64,000 nucleotides of DNA from Mobula hypostoma (taxonomy: Eukaryota): positions 106,518,001-106,582,000 of the forward strand of contig NC_086097.1 of NCBI RefSeq assembly GCF_963921235.1, read 5' to 3'. The translations under genes and the position numbers were made by a program. This document shows positions 22,701-34,034 of this stretch, in pieces (within the stretch, counting starts at the first letter, position 1; every line of letters starts with the position of its first letter). The notes under the pieces are model-generated. The model had not been told where the DNA came from and did not search any database. It worked only from the letters and a program-made list of their open reading frames with translations.

Positions 22701-24814
22701 ATTCTGGACTAGTTCCTGAGGATTGGAGGGTGGCTAATGTAACCCCACTTTTTAAAAAAGGAGGGAGAGAGAAACCGGGGAATTATAGGCCGGTTAGCCT
22801 AACGTCAGTGGTGGGGAAACTGCTGGAGTCAGTTATCAAGGATGTGATAACAGCACATTTGGAAAGCGGTGAAATGATCGGACAAAGTCAGCATGGATTT
22901 GTGAAAGGAAAATCATGTCTGACGAATCTCATAGAATTTTTTGAGGATGTAACTAGTAGAGTGGATAGGGGAGAACCAGTGGATGTGGTATATTTGGATT
23001 TTCAAAAGGCTTTTGACAAGGTCCCACACAGGAGATTAGTGTGCAAACTTAAAGCACACGGTATTGGGGGTAAGGTATTGGTGTGGGTGGAGAATTGGTT
23101 AGCAGACAGGAAGCAAAGAGTGGGAATAAACGGGACCTTTTCAGAATGGCAGGCGGTGACTAGTGGGGTACCACAAGGCTCAGTGCTGGGACCCCAGTTG
23201 TTTACAATATATATTAATGACTTGGATGAGGGAATTAAATGCAGCATCTCCAAGTTTGCGGATGACACGAAGCTGGGTGGCAGTGTTAGCAGTGAGGAGG
23301 ATGCTAAGAGGATGCAGGGTGACTTGGATAGGTTGGGTGAGTGGGCAAACTCATGGCAGATGCAATTTAATGTGGATAAATGTGAAGTTATCCACTTTGG
23401 TGGCAAAAATAGGAAAACAGATTATTATCTGAATGGTGGCCGATTAGGAAAAGGGGAGGTGCAACGAGACCTGGGTGTCATTATACACCAGTCATTGAAA
23501 GTGGGCATGCAGGTACAGCAGGCGGTGAAAAAGGCGAATGGTATGCTGGCATTTATAGCGAGAGGATTCGAGTACAGGAGCAGAGAGGTACTACTGCAGT
23601 TGTACAAGGCCTTGGTGAGACCACACCTGGAGTATTGTGTGCAGTTTTGGTCTCCTAATCTGAGGAAAGACATCTTTGCCATAGAGGGAGTACAAAGAAG
23701 GTTCACCAGATTGATTCCTGGGATGGCAGGTCTTTCATATGAAGAAAGACTGGATGAACTGGGCTTGTACTCGTTGGAATTTAGAAGATTGAGGGGGGAT
23801 CTGATTGAAACGTATAAGATCCTAAAGGGATTGGACAGGCTAGATGCGGGAAGATTGTTCCCGATGTTGGGGAGGTCCAGAACGAGGGGTCACAGTTTGA
23901 GGATAGAGGGGAAGCCTTTTAGGACCGAGATTAGGAAAAACTTCTTCACACAGAGAGTGGTGAATCTGTGGAATTCTCTGCCACAGCAAACTGTTGAGGC
24001 CAGTTCATTGGCTATGTTTAAGAGGGAGTTAGATATGGCCCTTGTGGCTACAGGGGTCAGGGGGTATGGAGGGAAGGCTGGGTTCTGAGTTGGATGATCA
24101 GCCATGATCATAATAAATGGCGGTGCAGGCTCGAAGGGCCGAATGGCCTACTCCTGCACCTATTTTCTATGTTTCTATGTTTCTATATCCACAGATCCCT
24201 GAAAGTTGCCTCACAGGTAGATAGGGTAGTTAAGAAAGCTTATGGGTGTTAGCTTTCATAAGTTGAGGGATAGATTTTAAGAGTTGAGAGGTAATGATGC
24301 AGCTCTATAAAACTCTGGTTAGGCCACACTTGGAGTACTGTGTCCAGTTCTGGTCGCCTCACTATAGGAAGGATGTGGAAGCATTGGAAAGGGTACAGAG
24401 GAGATGTACCAGGACGCTGCCTGGTTTAGAGAGTATGGATTATGATCAGAGATTAAGGGAGCTAGGGCTTTACTCTTTGGAGAGAAGAAGGATGAGAGGA
24501 GACATGATAGAGGTGTACAAGATATTAAGAGGAATAGATAGAGTCGATAGCCAGCTCCACTTCTCCAGGGCACCACTGCTGAATACAAGGGGACATGGCT
24601 TTAAGTTAAGGGGTGGGAAGTTCAAGGGGGATATTAGAGGAAGGTTTTTTACTCAGAGTGGTTGGTGCATGGAATGCACTGCCTGAGTCAGTGGTGGAGG
24701 CAGATACACTAGTGAAGTTTAAGAGACTACTGGACAGGTATATGGAAGAATTTAAGGTTGGGGGTTATATGGGAGGCAGGGTTTGAGGGTCGGCACAACA
24801 TGCCTATGTTCTAT
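19771..24814 (+). mobile_element. CR1 LINE family 'A', copy 1 (5'-truncated in ORF1; interrupted at 22599-24186)
   Basis: ORF1 SGNH motifs GDS, GTND and DGLH with stop at 20274-20276; ORF2 'YLNARSIRNK', 'GDFNFP', 'KSPGPDG' and 'DFSKAFDKVPH'; tail CTATGTTCTAT; several stops and frameshifts. Confidence 0.95.
22599..24186 (+). mobile_element. Young 5'-truncated CR1 (family 'B') nested in CR1-A
   Basis: Uninterrupted 496-aa RT/C-terminal ORF (22598..24088, 'KFADDTK'); 3' hairpin GGTGCAGG..CCTGCACC; (TTTCTATG)n tail; host CR1-A resumes in register at 24187. Confidence 0.95.
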
Positions 24815-25268
24815 ACATGACATCTACTCTTCTGTCACATCCTGAAAGAATGAGTAAATTTGTCAAATATGATTTATCTTTCATAAAATCTTATTGAGTA
24901 GGTTTGCTTACCTTTAACTTTGTTGAATGTTTAGTTATTTCACATAAAGATGGAAGTGTGTGGTGTAAGGGTAATTAGTGTGTAATATGATGCACTTTCA
25001 TTTGTAAATTAGTTTTCAAACATGTTTTGTATTAGATGTCAGTTTTGAAATATGCCCAAGTGATAGAAAGAAGATACAGTGTAGGATTTGGTTTAATTGG
25101 AATTTGAGTGTTAGTGACACATTATTTGGAAGAATTGATTGCAGGTGCATAGGTGCTTCTCCTTTCCTCTCCCTTCCTTTGTTTTGTCTTCCACTTCCCC
25201 CCACCTCCCCCACCTTCTTCGCACTCCTCATTCTCAGCTGCTTGCAAAGCAGTCAAGTCTATCCCCTC

Positions 25269-25284
25269 ATGCTGACGTCAGCAT
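25269..25284. promoter_or_regulatory. Perfect 16-bp palindrome containing a CRE-type Maf recognition element (TGCTGACGTCAGCA)
   Basis: ATGCTGACGTCAGCAT in apparently non-repetitive sequence; function is not shown. Confidence 0.4.
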
Positions 25285-25450
25285 CAGCACTAATCATGAC
25301 ACACATGCATCCTGCCAAGTACTACAGTTTCTCCAGGTAGTGAAAATGTTACCTTAGATGTCAATAATTGATCCACATTTTGTGAAACCGCATGTCTTTC
25401 ATTGGAACAAGTTATGTCCACCTTTGAATGAGTTGGGCACCAAAATCATT

Positions 25451-25750
25451 GAAGTTCAAAGTAGACTTATTATCAAAGTGCATATATATCAGCATATATA
25501 TCACCATATACAACCCTGAGATTCATCTTCTTGTGGGTATACTCAATAAATTTATAGAATAACTATAACAGAATTATTGAAAGACTGCCCAAAGTCAGAG
25601 TTCAACCAAAGTGCAGAGACAACTGTGCAAATACAAAAAAAAATAATAATTATAAATATTGAGAATATGAGATGAAGAGTCCTTGAAAGTGAGTCCATAG
25701 GTTGTGAGAACATTTCAATGATGGGGAAAGTGCAGTTATCCCCTTTGGTT
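25451..25750 (-). mobile_element. Rex1/Babar-like 3' UTR fragment
   Basis: AAGTTCAAAGTAGACTTATTATC start resembles the reverse complement of a tail plus poly(A) signal; AT-rich UTR follows. Confidence 0.45.
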
Positions 25751-26772
25751 ATAGTCAGCCACTGGTGGTAAACTGCGGTCAGGATTATGGTGTAGAACTA
25801 CCTTGGTAAATAGAACGAGTGGCACTTGACCATTAGGTGTTCAGGGTCAGGGGAATACCAGTTCAATAAAACCACCAAATCAGACCACCGCCAAGAAATG
25901 ATCATGAAATTCACGCCTCCACCTTTTCAAGTTGTCTCACCCTGAAGCCAGCCTTTGCTTTGCCATTGTACAGTAAATAAATGACACACTTAAAAGAAGG
26001 CAGCATGAGGACTGACAGAATATCATGCACAGAGCAATATATGATTCACTGCCTCATTGAACAGTGAGGGAGTGATAGAGTTGACATGTGAAGCAGTGTG
26101 TGTGTTTGTCTGTAGCATCCTGAACCTATAGGAAAGCCTACAATATCAGTTAAAACTAATTGGGTACTCAATTTGCTTGTCCCTCATAAGCTGGATCTTT
26201 GAAAAATCCTTATGCAATAACAAACAACGAACTGCAAGTTCTTGCAAATTCTGCAAAGTTTATTGACGATTTTCTAATTGTGCGGTATAGTTCCAGCTTG
26301 CAACTATACCATACCAATTAGAAATCTATCACTAAATTTTGCCTTGACTGGTGCCATTGATCTTGCCATGTTCTGAAATTATATGTGACAGATTTAACAT
26401 GTTCTTTTCTAGGACTGAGGTCAGATAGAGAATTGCTTTATGAACATGCTGAGTTTGATTAAACTCCTCACTGAAACCCTTCTCCTCCTCCTCCTCCTCC
26501 TTGTAGATTTTGAAAGTCCACAACTCATTCTCCCAAGTATTCTGTATTCTATTGGGGTTTTCTATTTACGCATCATTTTGAGAGTAATTGATTTGTTTTA
26601 TAGACTTCAAATCCGCAAATAGACATACCACACATAGCCCTGTTGACATTAGCTACTCACATTAGCTCAGCAAAGTACCAAAGGCTTGTGGAAATGCTTT
26701 GACCATCAGAATAAATCAATCTGAATATAAGTGGTGATGATTCCTGTGAAGAGCAGTGTTGGGATTTCTTCC

Positions 26773-27020
26773 TAGTCATAGTCATAGTCATACTCATACT
26801 TTATTGATCCTGGGGAAATTGGTTTTCGTTACAGTTGCACCATAAATAATAAATAGTAATAGAACCATAAATAGTTAAACAGTAATATGTGAATTATGCC
26901 AGTAAATTATGAAATAAGTCCAGGACCAGCCTATTGGCTCAGGGTGTCTAACCCTCCAAGGGAGAAGTTGTAAAGTTTGATGGCCACAGGCAGGAATGAC
27001 TTCCTATGACGCTCTGTGGT
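26773..27020 (-). mobile_element. Short Rex1/Babar-like 3' end
   Basis: (TAGTCA)n tail followed by TTTATT (AATAAA on the minus strand); 'RHRKSFLPVAIKLYN' on the minus strand resembles 'RFGNSFFPTVMRLLN' at the end of ORF 35774..37495. Confidence 0.7.
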
Positions 27021-29589
27021 GCTGAATGCTCATTTTGATGTCAGAGGTCAGGAGAGAATGTTGGCCGGAATGCAAAGTTCAAAATAACTTTAATCAGTGT
27101 TGCCTGATGTTCACTGCTCATGTATGAACACTGTCACCAATGTGACATTAAGTATTTCTTTTGCCGTCCATATTGGGACTCTGAGTGTTCTTGTGGCACA
27201 TATTATCCCAGCTTTTGGGCCACATAATTCCCCTGGGCCCTTGGAATGACAGTACTGGTTGAATAAACACTCTCTCGAAAGAGCACAAGGGCAAAATCTA
27301 CAAGAGAGTCCACAATCAGCTTGGTAGACGGATTATTATAATCTGTATTTTATATATGACTAAGGCAGGCTGGTTCAAATTCTGCACTTGAAGATAAATG
27401 TACAACTAACAGTTGATTACCATTAAGGTTAGGAGTAACATTTATACCAATCTTCTTTCACAAAACAAAGTTCAGTACTTCAATAATCATGTGTGTTGTT
27501 TCAATGAGTTTTAAAGACTAAATGGTTTTGCTGTACTGATAATCCCTTTTTAATGTGACAAATTTTCTCAAAATAACAGAAAGAAAGATAATTTCTGCTC
27601 CAAGAGTCCAGCCAAGAAGATTTTGAATCCTGACTTTAAAAAGACACTGAAAAATAGATCTGACTTTAACCAAGCCACAAGCAAGCCATGCTATTTTCTA
27701 GCCCAACTGATCGAAATAACTTTATTCGGATTTACATGGATTTCTTTTCTGGATTTACAGTAATCTTTGAAGTCTAACCACTGACCTGTCTGTAAAACAA
27801 ATTCTTTCAGAACTTGCAGAAAATGTATAAATGGACTGTTTAGTATTTCAAATAAAAATGGAACTCGTAATCATATTCAGATTGCCTTTATTCTATTACC
27901 TTTTAAGCTTCACAATCCCATGCAGGTTTAGATAAATTATGACAAAATATGGCAATGTGAAATATAAAATCGTGCTTTAGATTTTCATGCTCAAGAAGAA
28001 TCATTCCGACGAGAGCCCTACATTGAATTTCAAACTTACTTTGAATATTTATATTTCATGTTAGGTAAAGGGATATTTCCTTCTCCTTAACGAATTTCCT
28101 TTCACATTATTGAAGATTTCAGATTGCACCTGTGTTCACCACAATTGGACACACAATCTGATCCTTGTGTAAAGATAATAATGATTTTCCTAGACCTGGT
28201 GTGATTGCTTATTTTCATTGATGTATTCTTCTTATTTGTGAAAATGCCTGCACTGTTTCTGTCTGCCTAATTATTAAAATAAAACAGCCCTATTTTGTTC
28301 CAGTTGGTCAGCAATCTGTCACTGTTTTACCACAAAAGGGATCAGTGCTTTCAGTGGCCTGACCTTGATTATGCTGGATCTTTTTTTCTGCTTCTCAGCT
28401 TAGTTCACCCTGTGCTGTAGTTGAAAGGACAAGAAGCTAACCACCCCACATTCACGCTACCCATTCTTCTGGCTACTTTGGACATTTTTATCTTTGATCA
28501 CGCACCTTGGCATAGCTGTGACTGGGAAATTCACAAGCTGTTGGAATTACTACGGAATACACTACAAAGCAAAACAATTGTAGACACCGGACTGGCTTTT
28601 AGCGGGTAAATTGACTTTTGTATGGCTGATTCTATTTTATGTTATTATAAACTTGTCCCAAATATAAGGATTTTAACTCGACATGAACCAGGGTGGGATG
28701 TGGAAAAGATAAGACTGGTAAATTTAGAAGTGTGGTTAAAAGAAGGCATTCTCTAACCCTTCAAGTGCAGAATGCCACTGAAATACATACAGTATGCTGT
28801 CTGTTTCTCTTCTGTCACAACTGTAAAACATGGCAATCAAGATTCAATGAGATTGCCGAATCATGGTGAACACACATTCACTATAAAAGGTTGGGGCTCA
28901 TTCATAAATAAAAATAGAAAGTACTTGAACTATACAGCAGATCAGGCATCATCTAAAGAGTGAATTAGAACTTACCATCTCAGGTCAGTTACATTCATCA
29001 AGTTCAAAATGTTCAAACTGATTTTCTCTGTAATATTGTTACTATATCAAGTGTTTTTTCCCACCTTGGGTTTTGATTTCAAGCTTCAGCAGCAACTTAG
29101 GATAAACGGACAAATTTGACAACACTGTGCTCCAGGTCATCAACCTTGCGTGGCATTATAATTCAACCTCTAACCCAGTCAGAAAATACATAGTACTTCA
29201 CTGATGATTTCATGAATCCATTTAGATGTGATATACAATTCATAATTCTGAATGTCAAGCCTGATCTAAGTTACTTCAACTCTATAGGACAGCTAAGCTG
29301 AGAACTCTTTGAAAGGGTGTGGGGGGGGGCGCAATTCAAACATAGATCTTCATTGTTATTTCTCAAGTTCTATTGGGAAGGGAGTGCAAGGACACTAAAT
29401 GAGAGTGGTTTTAGGTTTGCTTGCAATATTTTTCAGCTCAGAGTGAAGAATGACCACTTGATGATTTTCTAGAAAGTTTCTTTAAGTGCATCACAGACTG
29501 TGTCGATGCTTTCAGGAGAAAGAAAGTCACCAAAAAGGCATGATTACAATAGCTTTCCATTTCAAGTATCACCTGATGTCTAAAAGCAA

Positions 29590-30070
29590 TATTAAAGATC
29601 ACAATGAACCCCTCGGGATTCTCTTTCACCTTGCCTGGCACAGCAACCTCATGTCCTATTTTAGCCCTCCTGATTTTTCTCTTAAGTGTTTTTTGCATTT
29701 TCCTTACTCCTCCAGTCCTTCATCTGATCTCAACTGCCTATACCTGCTATGTACCTCCTTCATTTTCGATACCAGGCTCTCAATAACCAAGGTTCCCTAA
29801 ACCCATTAGACTTGACTTTTACTCTGACTGATACATACAGATTCTGAACACTCAATACTTTACTTTTGATGGCCTCAAATTCACCAAGCATCTCTTTGCC
29901 GGAAAATGAGATAACCCAATCCATGCTTGCCAGATTTCACCTGATGTAGTATCATACTCTCCCTAGTTGGGATCTCTACATATTGATTAAGGAGATTTCC
30001 TGATTGCACTTGGCAATGCTGTCCCATCCAGATTTTCTACAGTATTGGAGTCCTAGTCTATATGTGGAAA
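29590..30070 (-). mobile_element. Old CR1 ORF2 fragment
   Basis: 'LKRKIRRAKIGHEVAVPGKVKENPEGF' in ORF 29438..29698. Confidence 0.7.
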
Positions 30071-30074
30071 GAAA

Positions 30075-31730
30075 ATTACCTATTATCCCGGTGGATAACT
30101 AACCTAATCATTTCCCCTCTATCATCATGCTCCTCCATCTGGTGGAACTGGATCTCACCCTCAACAAGTTCTCTTTCAGCTCCTCTCATTTTCTCCAAAC
30201 CAACGTGTGTCCATGGGCACTCACATGGGACCCAGCTACATGTGCCATACATGAAACAGTGCACATTCCAAGCTTACACTGTTAATACTCCTAATTCTTT
30301 CACTACTACATTTATGACGACATTGGCGCTGCTTCCTGCACCCATGCTCAGCTTCTCAGTTTCATCAATTTGGCCTCCAACTTCAACCCTGTCCTCAAAG
30401 TTACATGGTCCATCTCTGACACCTCTCTTCCCTTTCACAATCTATCTGTCCCCATTTCTGGAGACAGACTATCAACTGACATCTACAAACCCACTGACTT
30501 TCAGAATTATCTTGACTATATCTTTTCCCATCCCGTCACATATAAAAATACTACTGCCTTCTCTCAATTCTATCTCTGCCACACCTGTTCCCAGGATGAG
30601 GCTTTCCATTCTAGAATATTTGAAATCCCCTCCTTATTCAAAGAATGGGGTTTCCTTTTCAGCACCATCGATGCTGCCCTCACCCAGCATCTCCTCCATT
30701 TCCCACACATCTGCCTTCATTTCATTCTTTTGCTATCGTAACAAGAGTAGGGTTCCCCCTCGTACTTACCTACCAACACACAAACCTCTGCATCCAGCAT
30801 CTCATGCTCAAGTTCTGCCATCTCCAACAGGATCCTACTACCTTTCCTTTCTCCAATGCCCCCCCCCACACCCCACTTTCCACAGGGATTGCTCTCTGCG
30901 TGACTCCCTTCTCCAGTAGTCCCTCCCCTTTGATCTCCTGGCACCAACCCTAGCAAGTGTGATGTGCTACAGCTGCACCTACACCTTCTCCCTCACCATC
31001 ATTCAGGGCCTCAAACAACATGTCCCGGTGAGGCAACACTTCACTTGTGAGTCTTTCAGGGTCACCTATTGTATCTAGTACAGTGTTCTCTACACAGGTG
31101 AGACCCACTGTAGACAGGGGACTGCTTTGTTCAGCACCTTTGTTCCATCCACCACAAAAGGTAGAATCTCCTGGTGACGACCACTTCAATTTGATTTCCT
31201 ATTCCCACACCAATATGTTTGTCCATGACCTCCTGCTGCCATGATGAGGTCAAGCTCAGGTTGGAGGAGCAACACCTCATATTCTGCCTGAGTAGCCTTG
31301 AACGTAAGGCATGAACATCGATTTCATTAACTTTCGCTAATTACTCCCCCCTCCCTCTCTCTTTATCTATTTCCCATTTTGGCTTCCCTCTCATCCCTTC
31401 TTCTTCTCACCTGCCCATCACCTTCCTCTAGTTTCCCTTCTCCTTCTCTTTATTCCATGGTACATTTCCTTATCTTCTATTAAATTCTTTCGTCTACAGC
31501 ACTTCTTCCACCTATCACCTCCCAGCTTTTTACTTCATCCCCACCCCTCCCACCTGGTCTTACCTATCACCTGCCAGTTTGTACTCATTTCCCTGCCTCC
31601 ACCTTCTTACTCTGGCTTCTGCTCCCTTCCTATCCTATGCTGTTGAAGGGTCTTGGCTCGAAAAATCAAAATATTTATTTCTCTCCAGAGATGCTGCTGA
31701 CCTGATGAGTTCCTCCAGCAATTTCTGAGT
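30075..31730 (+). mobile_element. Old, heavily mutated Penelope-like element with degenerate pLTR/hammerhead (about 31636-31672)
   Basis: 'ASNFNPVLKVTWSISDTSLPF..LSTDIYKPTD..CSQDEAFHSR'; collinear with 55021-56560 through the GIY-YIG region and the pyrimidine-rich pLTR. Confidence 0.85.
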
Positions 31731-32274
31731 GATGATCAGGACTTGAATGCCTTGCTGGAGGTTCTACATATTAAATGGGCAAGGGGCCTGCCAGGTCCAA
31801 CAGGAGAAATGAGAAAGCTAGAACTCTCATCTCCAGGAAAGAGAATCTTCACACAATACAACAATATCACAAGAAATTTAATTATCTCACAGAATATACC
31901 AAGGTGAACTGCATACCGGTGAATAAACAACTGTCTCACACTTCTCGAGATACAAACACACAACTCAAAAGTGGTTTTTCATTTACTCTACTCACATTGC
32001 AAGCATACGAACACTCTCCTGCTCTGTAAATTTTGGGAAGACTGTAAAATTTTACGCTTTCCATTACCCACATTAATATCAAATCTCCAGAGGTAAGTTA
32101 TAAGCCCTGCACGTTTTCCATTTAGTGTAAACAGTGAGGAATAAGAGCGAGTTCCTCAAAAGTGCAATGCCTCTCCAAGATTAAAGGGACTATCCTTCTC
32201 AAGGCCAAAATGACTAGAAGCTGTAAACAATTGTGAATTCTCGTTCCAGAAAATGCCTTCTCTCAATTCCTCCA

Positions 32275-32400
32275 TCTCTCCCACATATGCTCTCAGGATG
32301 AGGCATTCCACAACAAAGGAGAAAAGGGCTTCCCTTCCTCCACCATCAACGCTGCCCTCCAATGCATCTCTTCTATTTCACACATGTCAGCCCTCACGTC
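32275..32400 (+). mobile_element. PLE RT-thumb fragment
   Basis: GCTCTCAGGATGAGGCATTCCA..GGGCTTCCCTTCCTCCACCATCAAC matches 55404-55490. Confidence 0.65.
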
Positions 32401-33938
32401 ATTCTTCACGGAATTACACCTTATGACATTTCAATTGATCTCAAAGATTTTCCTGTCTGGCTTCAATCAGGAACAGTCTACCTGCACAATTTCACTGATA
32501 TGTAGCATGTCTGGCACAGTTGAATTGGCTGAAATATTTTATGGGCAATGCTTTGGAAGCGTGCCTCTCAAAGTCCAATCCTACGTGCCCATCGTAAGAG
32601 GTGGAAGGCAGGCCAACAGGACTCTGGTGAAGCTGTATGGGCCAATCCCCTGTATAGTAGATACACCCACTATACCATTGACTTTGGATGATGGAGATGT
32701 GGGGTCGTCGATGAGGAGCTAAGGGCCCAGGAAGAAGAAGCAGCAACAGCTTTGGAAGCATCATTGAAACAACTTTATCAGTGTTTCCATATGAGCAAGC
32801 AAAGGAGTTTTCATAGTTGACAGAATTCCCAAAATTTCCCGTAGGCCTAGAGTGCACTCACATAACAACTATAGTTACAGAGACCTCCTAGACCATTTCT
32901 TGCCAGGAGTGCAGGACTATCATTCCTGGGAATCTTCACAATCATTATGTTCATAAGCCCTTTGTACAAATGCCTCATGTGGGGATTGATCTTCATCAGC
33001 TTGTCCCAGGTTCTTGTGGCCATCATTGAAACACCTTCCCTCCCATTAGTACAGCATCTACTCTTGAAGCAGCATCCATCCCGGTGCAGTGGGATCCACC
33101 CCTTCCCAGTCTGAAAGTATGCAGCTTGTGTTCTAGTGTGTCCATTTAAGAGCTATTTCCCACAGCTGCACCTGTTAGACTGCATGCCTGCAGCTGAATT
33201 TGCATAGATCAGTAAGCTCACAGAGGAGCATTACAAACATAGCATCCTCAACACAGAAGGCCGCATTGAATGAGTCTTCAAAAAACAACATTAGGTTAAG
33301 ACATAATGTAACTAAAATGTGATAAGGCATTTTCTACACACTTGTCTGACTGCTCCACAGATGCTGCCTGATTTTTCAATGCTTTTGCAGTTTATTTCTG
33401 CTCCACTAGAATCTGACTATTTACATCTTTGGCATTTTGAACTTTAAGAAGGCTTTGGTTCCTGCAATTTGAGCCAACTTGCTTATCGAAGACTGTGGCA
33501 GTTAGTTAAATACATTCTATACTTACCTACAGCTTCTCTGCAATTCAGTCATAATTGTCAAAACTGGTTAGTCCCGTTTTATGCTTTGGTCCAGACATAT
33601 ATTAGATGTTAATTGTGAACTGTTGCCTGCCTCTGGACTCCAGGTCAGAGCATTACACTATTTTTACTCATGTTCATCTCAGCAAACTACAATGCCCCCC
33701 GTCATGAGATGAATCAGCTAAAATTATAGTATCCATGATAAATTAACAAGACAGGTGATCTGACACTTCTTACCAGGTTTTATAACCCAGGTAACAAAAA
33801 TACTAAAATGTACACAAAGAAAGATGGCGCTGGTAACTCAAACAACAGGAATCTCTGCAGATGCTGGAAATTCAAGCAACATACATAAAAGTTGCTGGTG
33901 AACGCAGCAGGCCAGGCAGCATCTCTAGGAAGAGGTGC

Positions 33939-33974
33939 AGTTGACGTTTCAGGCTGAGACCCTTCGTCAGGACT
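33939..33974 (-). ncRNA. Minimal hammerhead ribozyme (one stem-I mismatch)
   Basis: Minus strand: AGUC CUGACGA AGG GUCUCAG CCU GAA ACGU C AACU. Confidence 0.65.
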
Positions 33975-33998
33975 AACTGAAGGAAGAGTCCTTCAGTT

Positions 33999-34034
33999 AG
34001 TCCTGACGAAGGGTCTCGGCCTGAAACGTCGACT
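33999..34034 (+). ncRNA. Minimal hammerhead ribozyme
   Basis: AGTC CTGACGA AGG GTCTCGG CCT GAA ACGT C GACT. Confidence 0.8.

Noticed and set aside
20733..23706. Numerous 70-155 aa antisense ORFs over CR1 ORF2
   Set aside because: Typical shadow ORFs of LINE coding sequence with no independent evidence.
26484..26500. (CTC)n run giving poly-Glu and poly-Leu ORFs
   Set aside because: Simple microsatellite with no exon evidence.
28905..29095. Possible very old fold-back PLE mini-element
   Set aside because: Only faint similarity to the arms; no TSD or ribozyme core can be read.
32590..32745. Possible SINE ending in (GAA)n
   Set aside because: No TSD or second copy in the window, so it cannot be supported.
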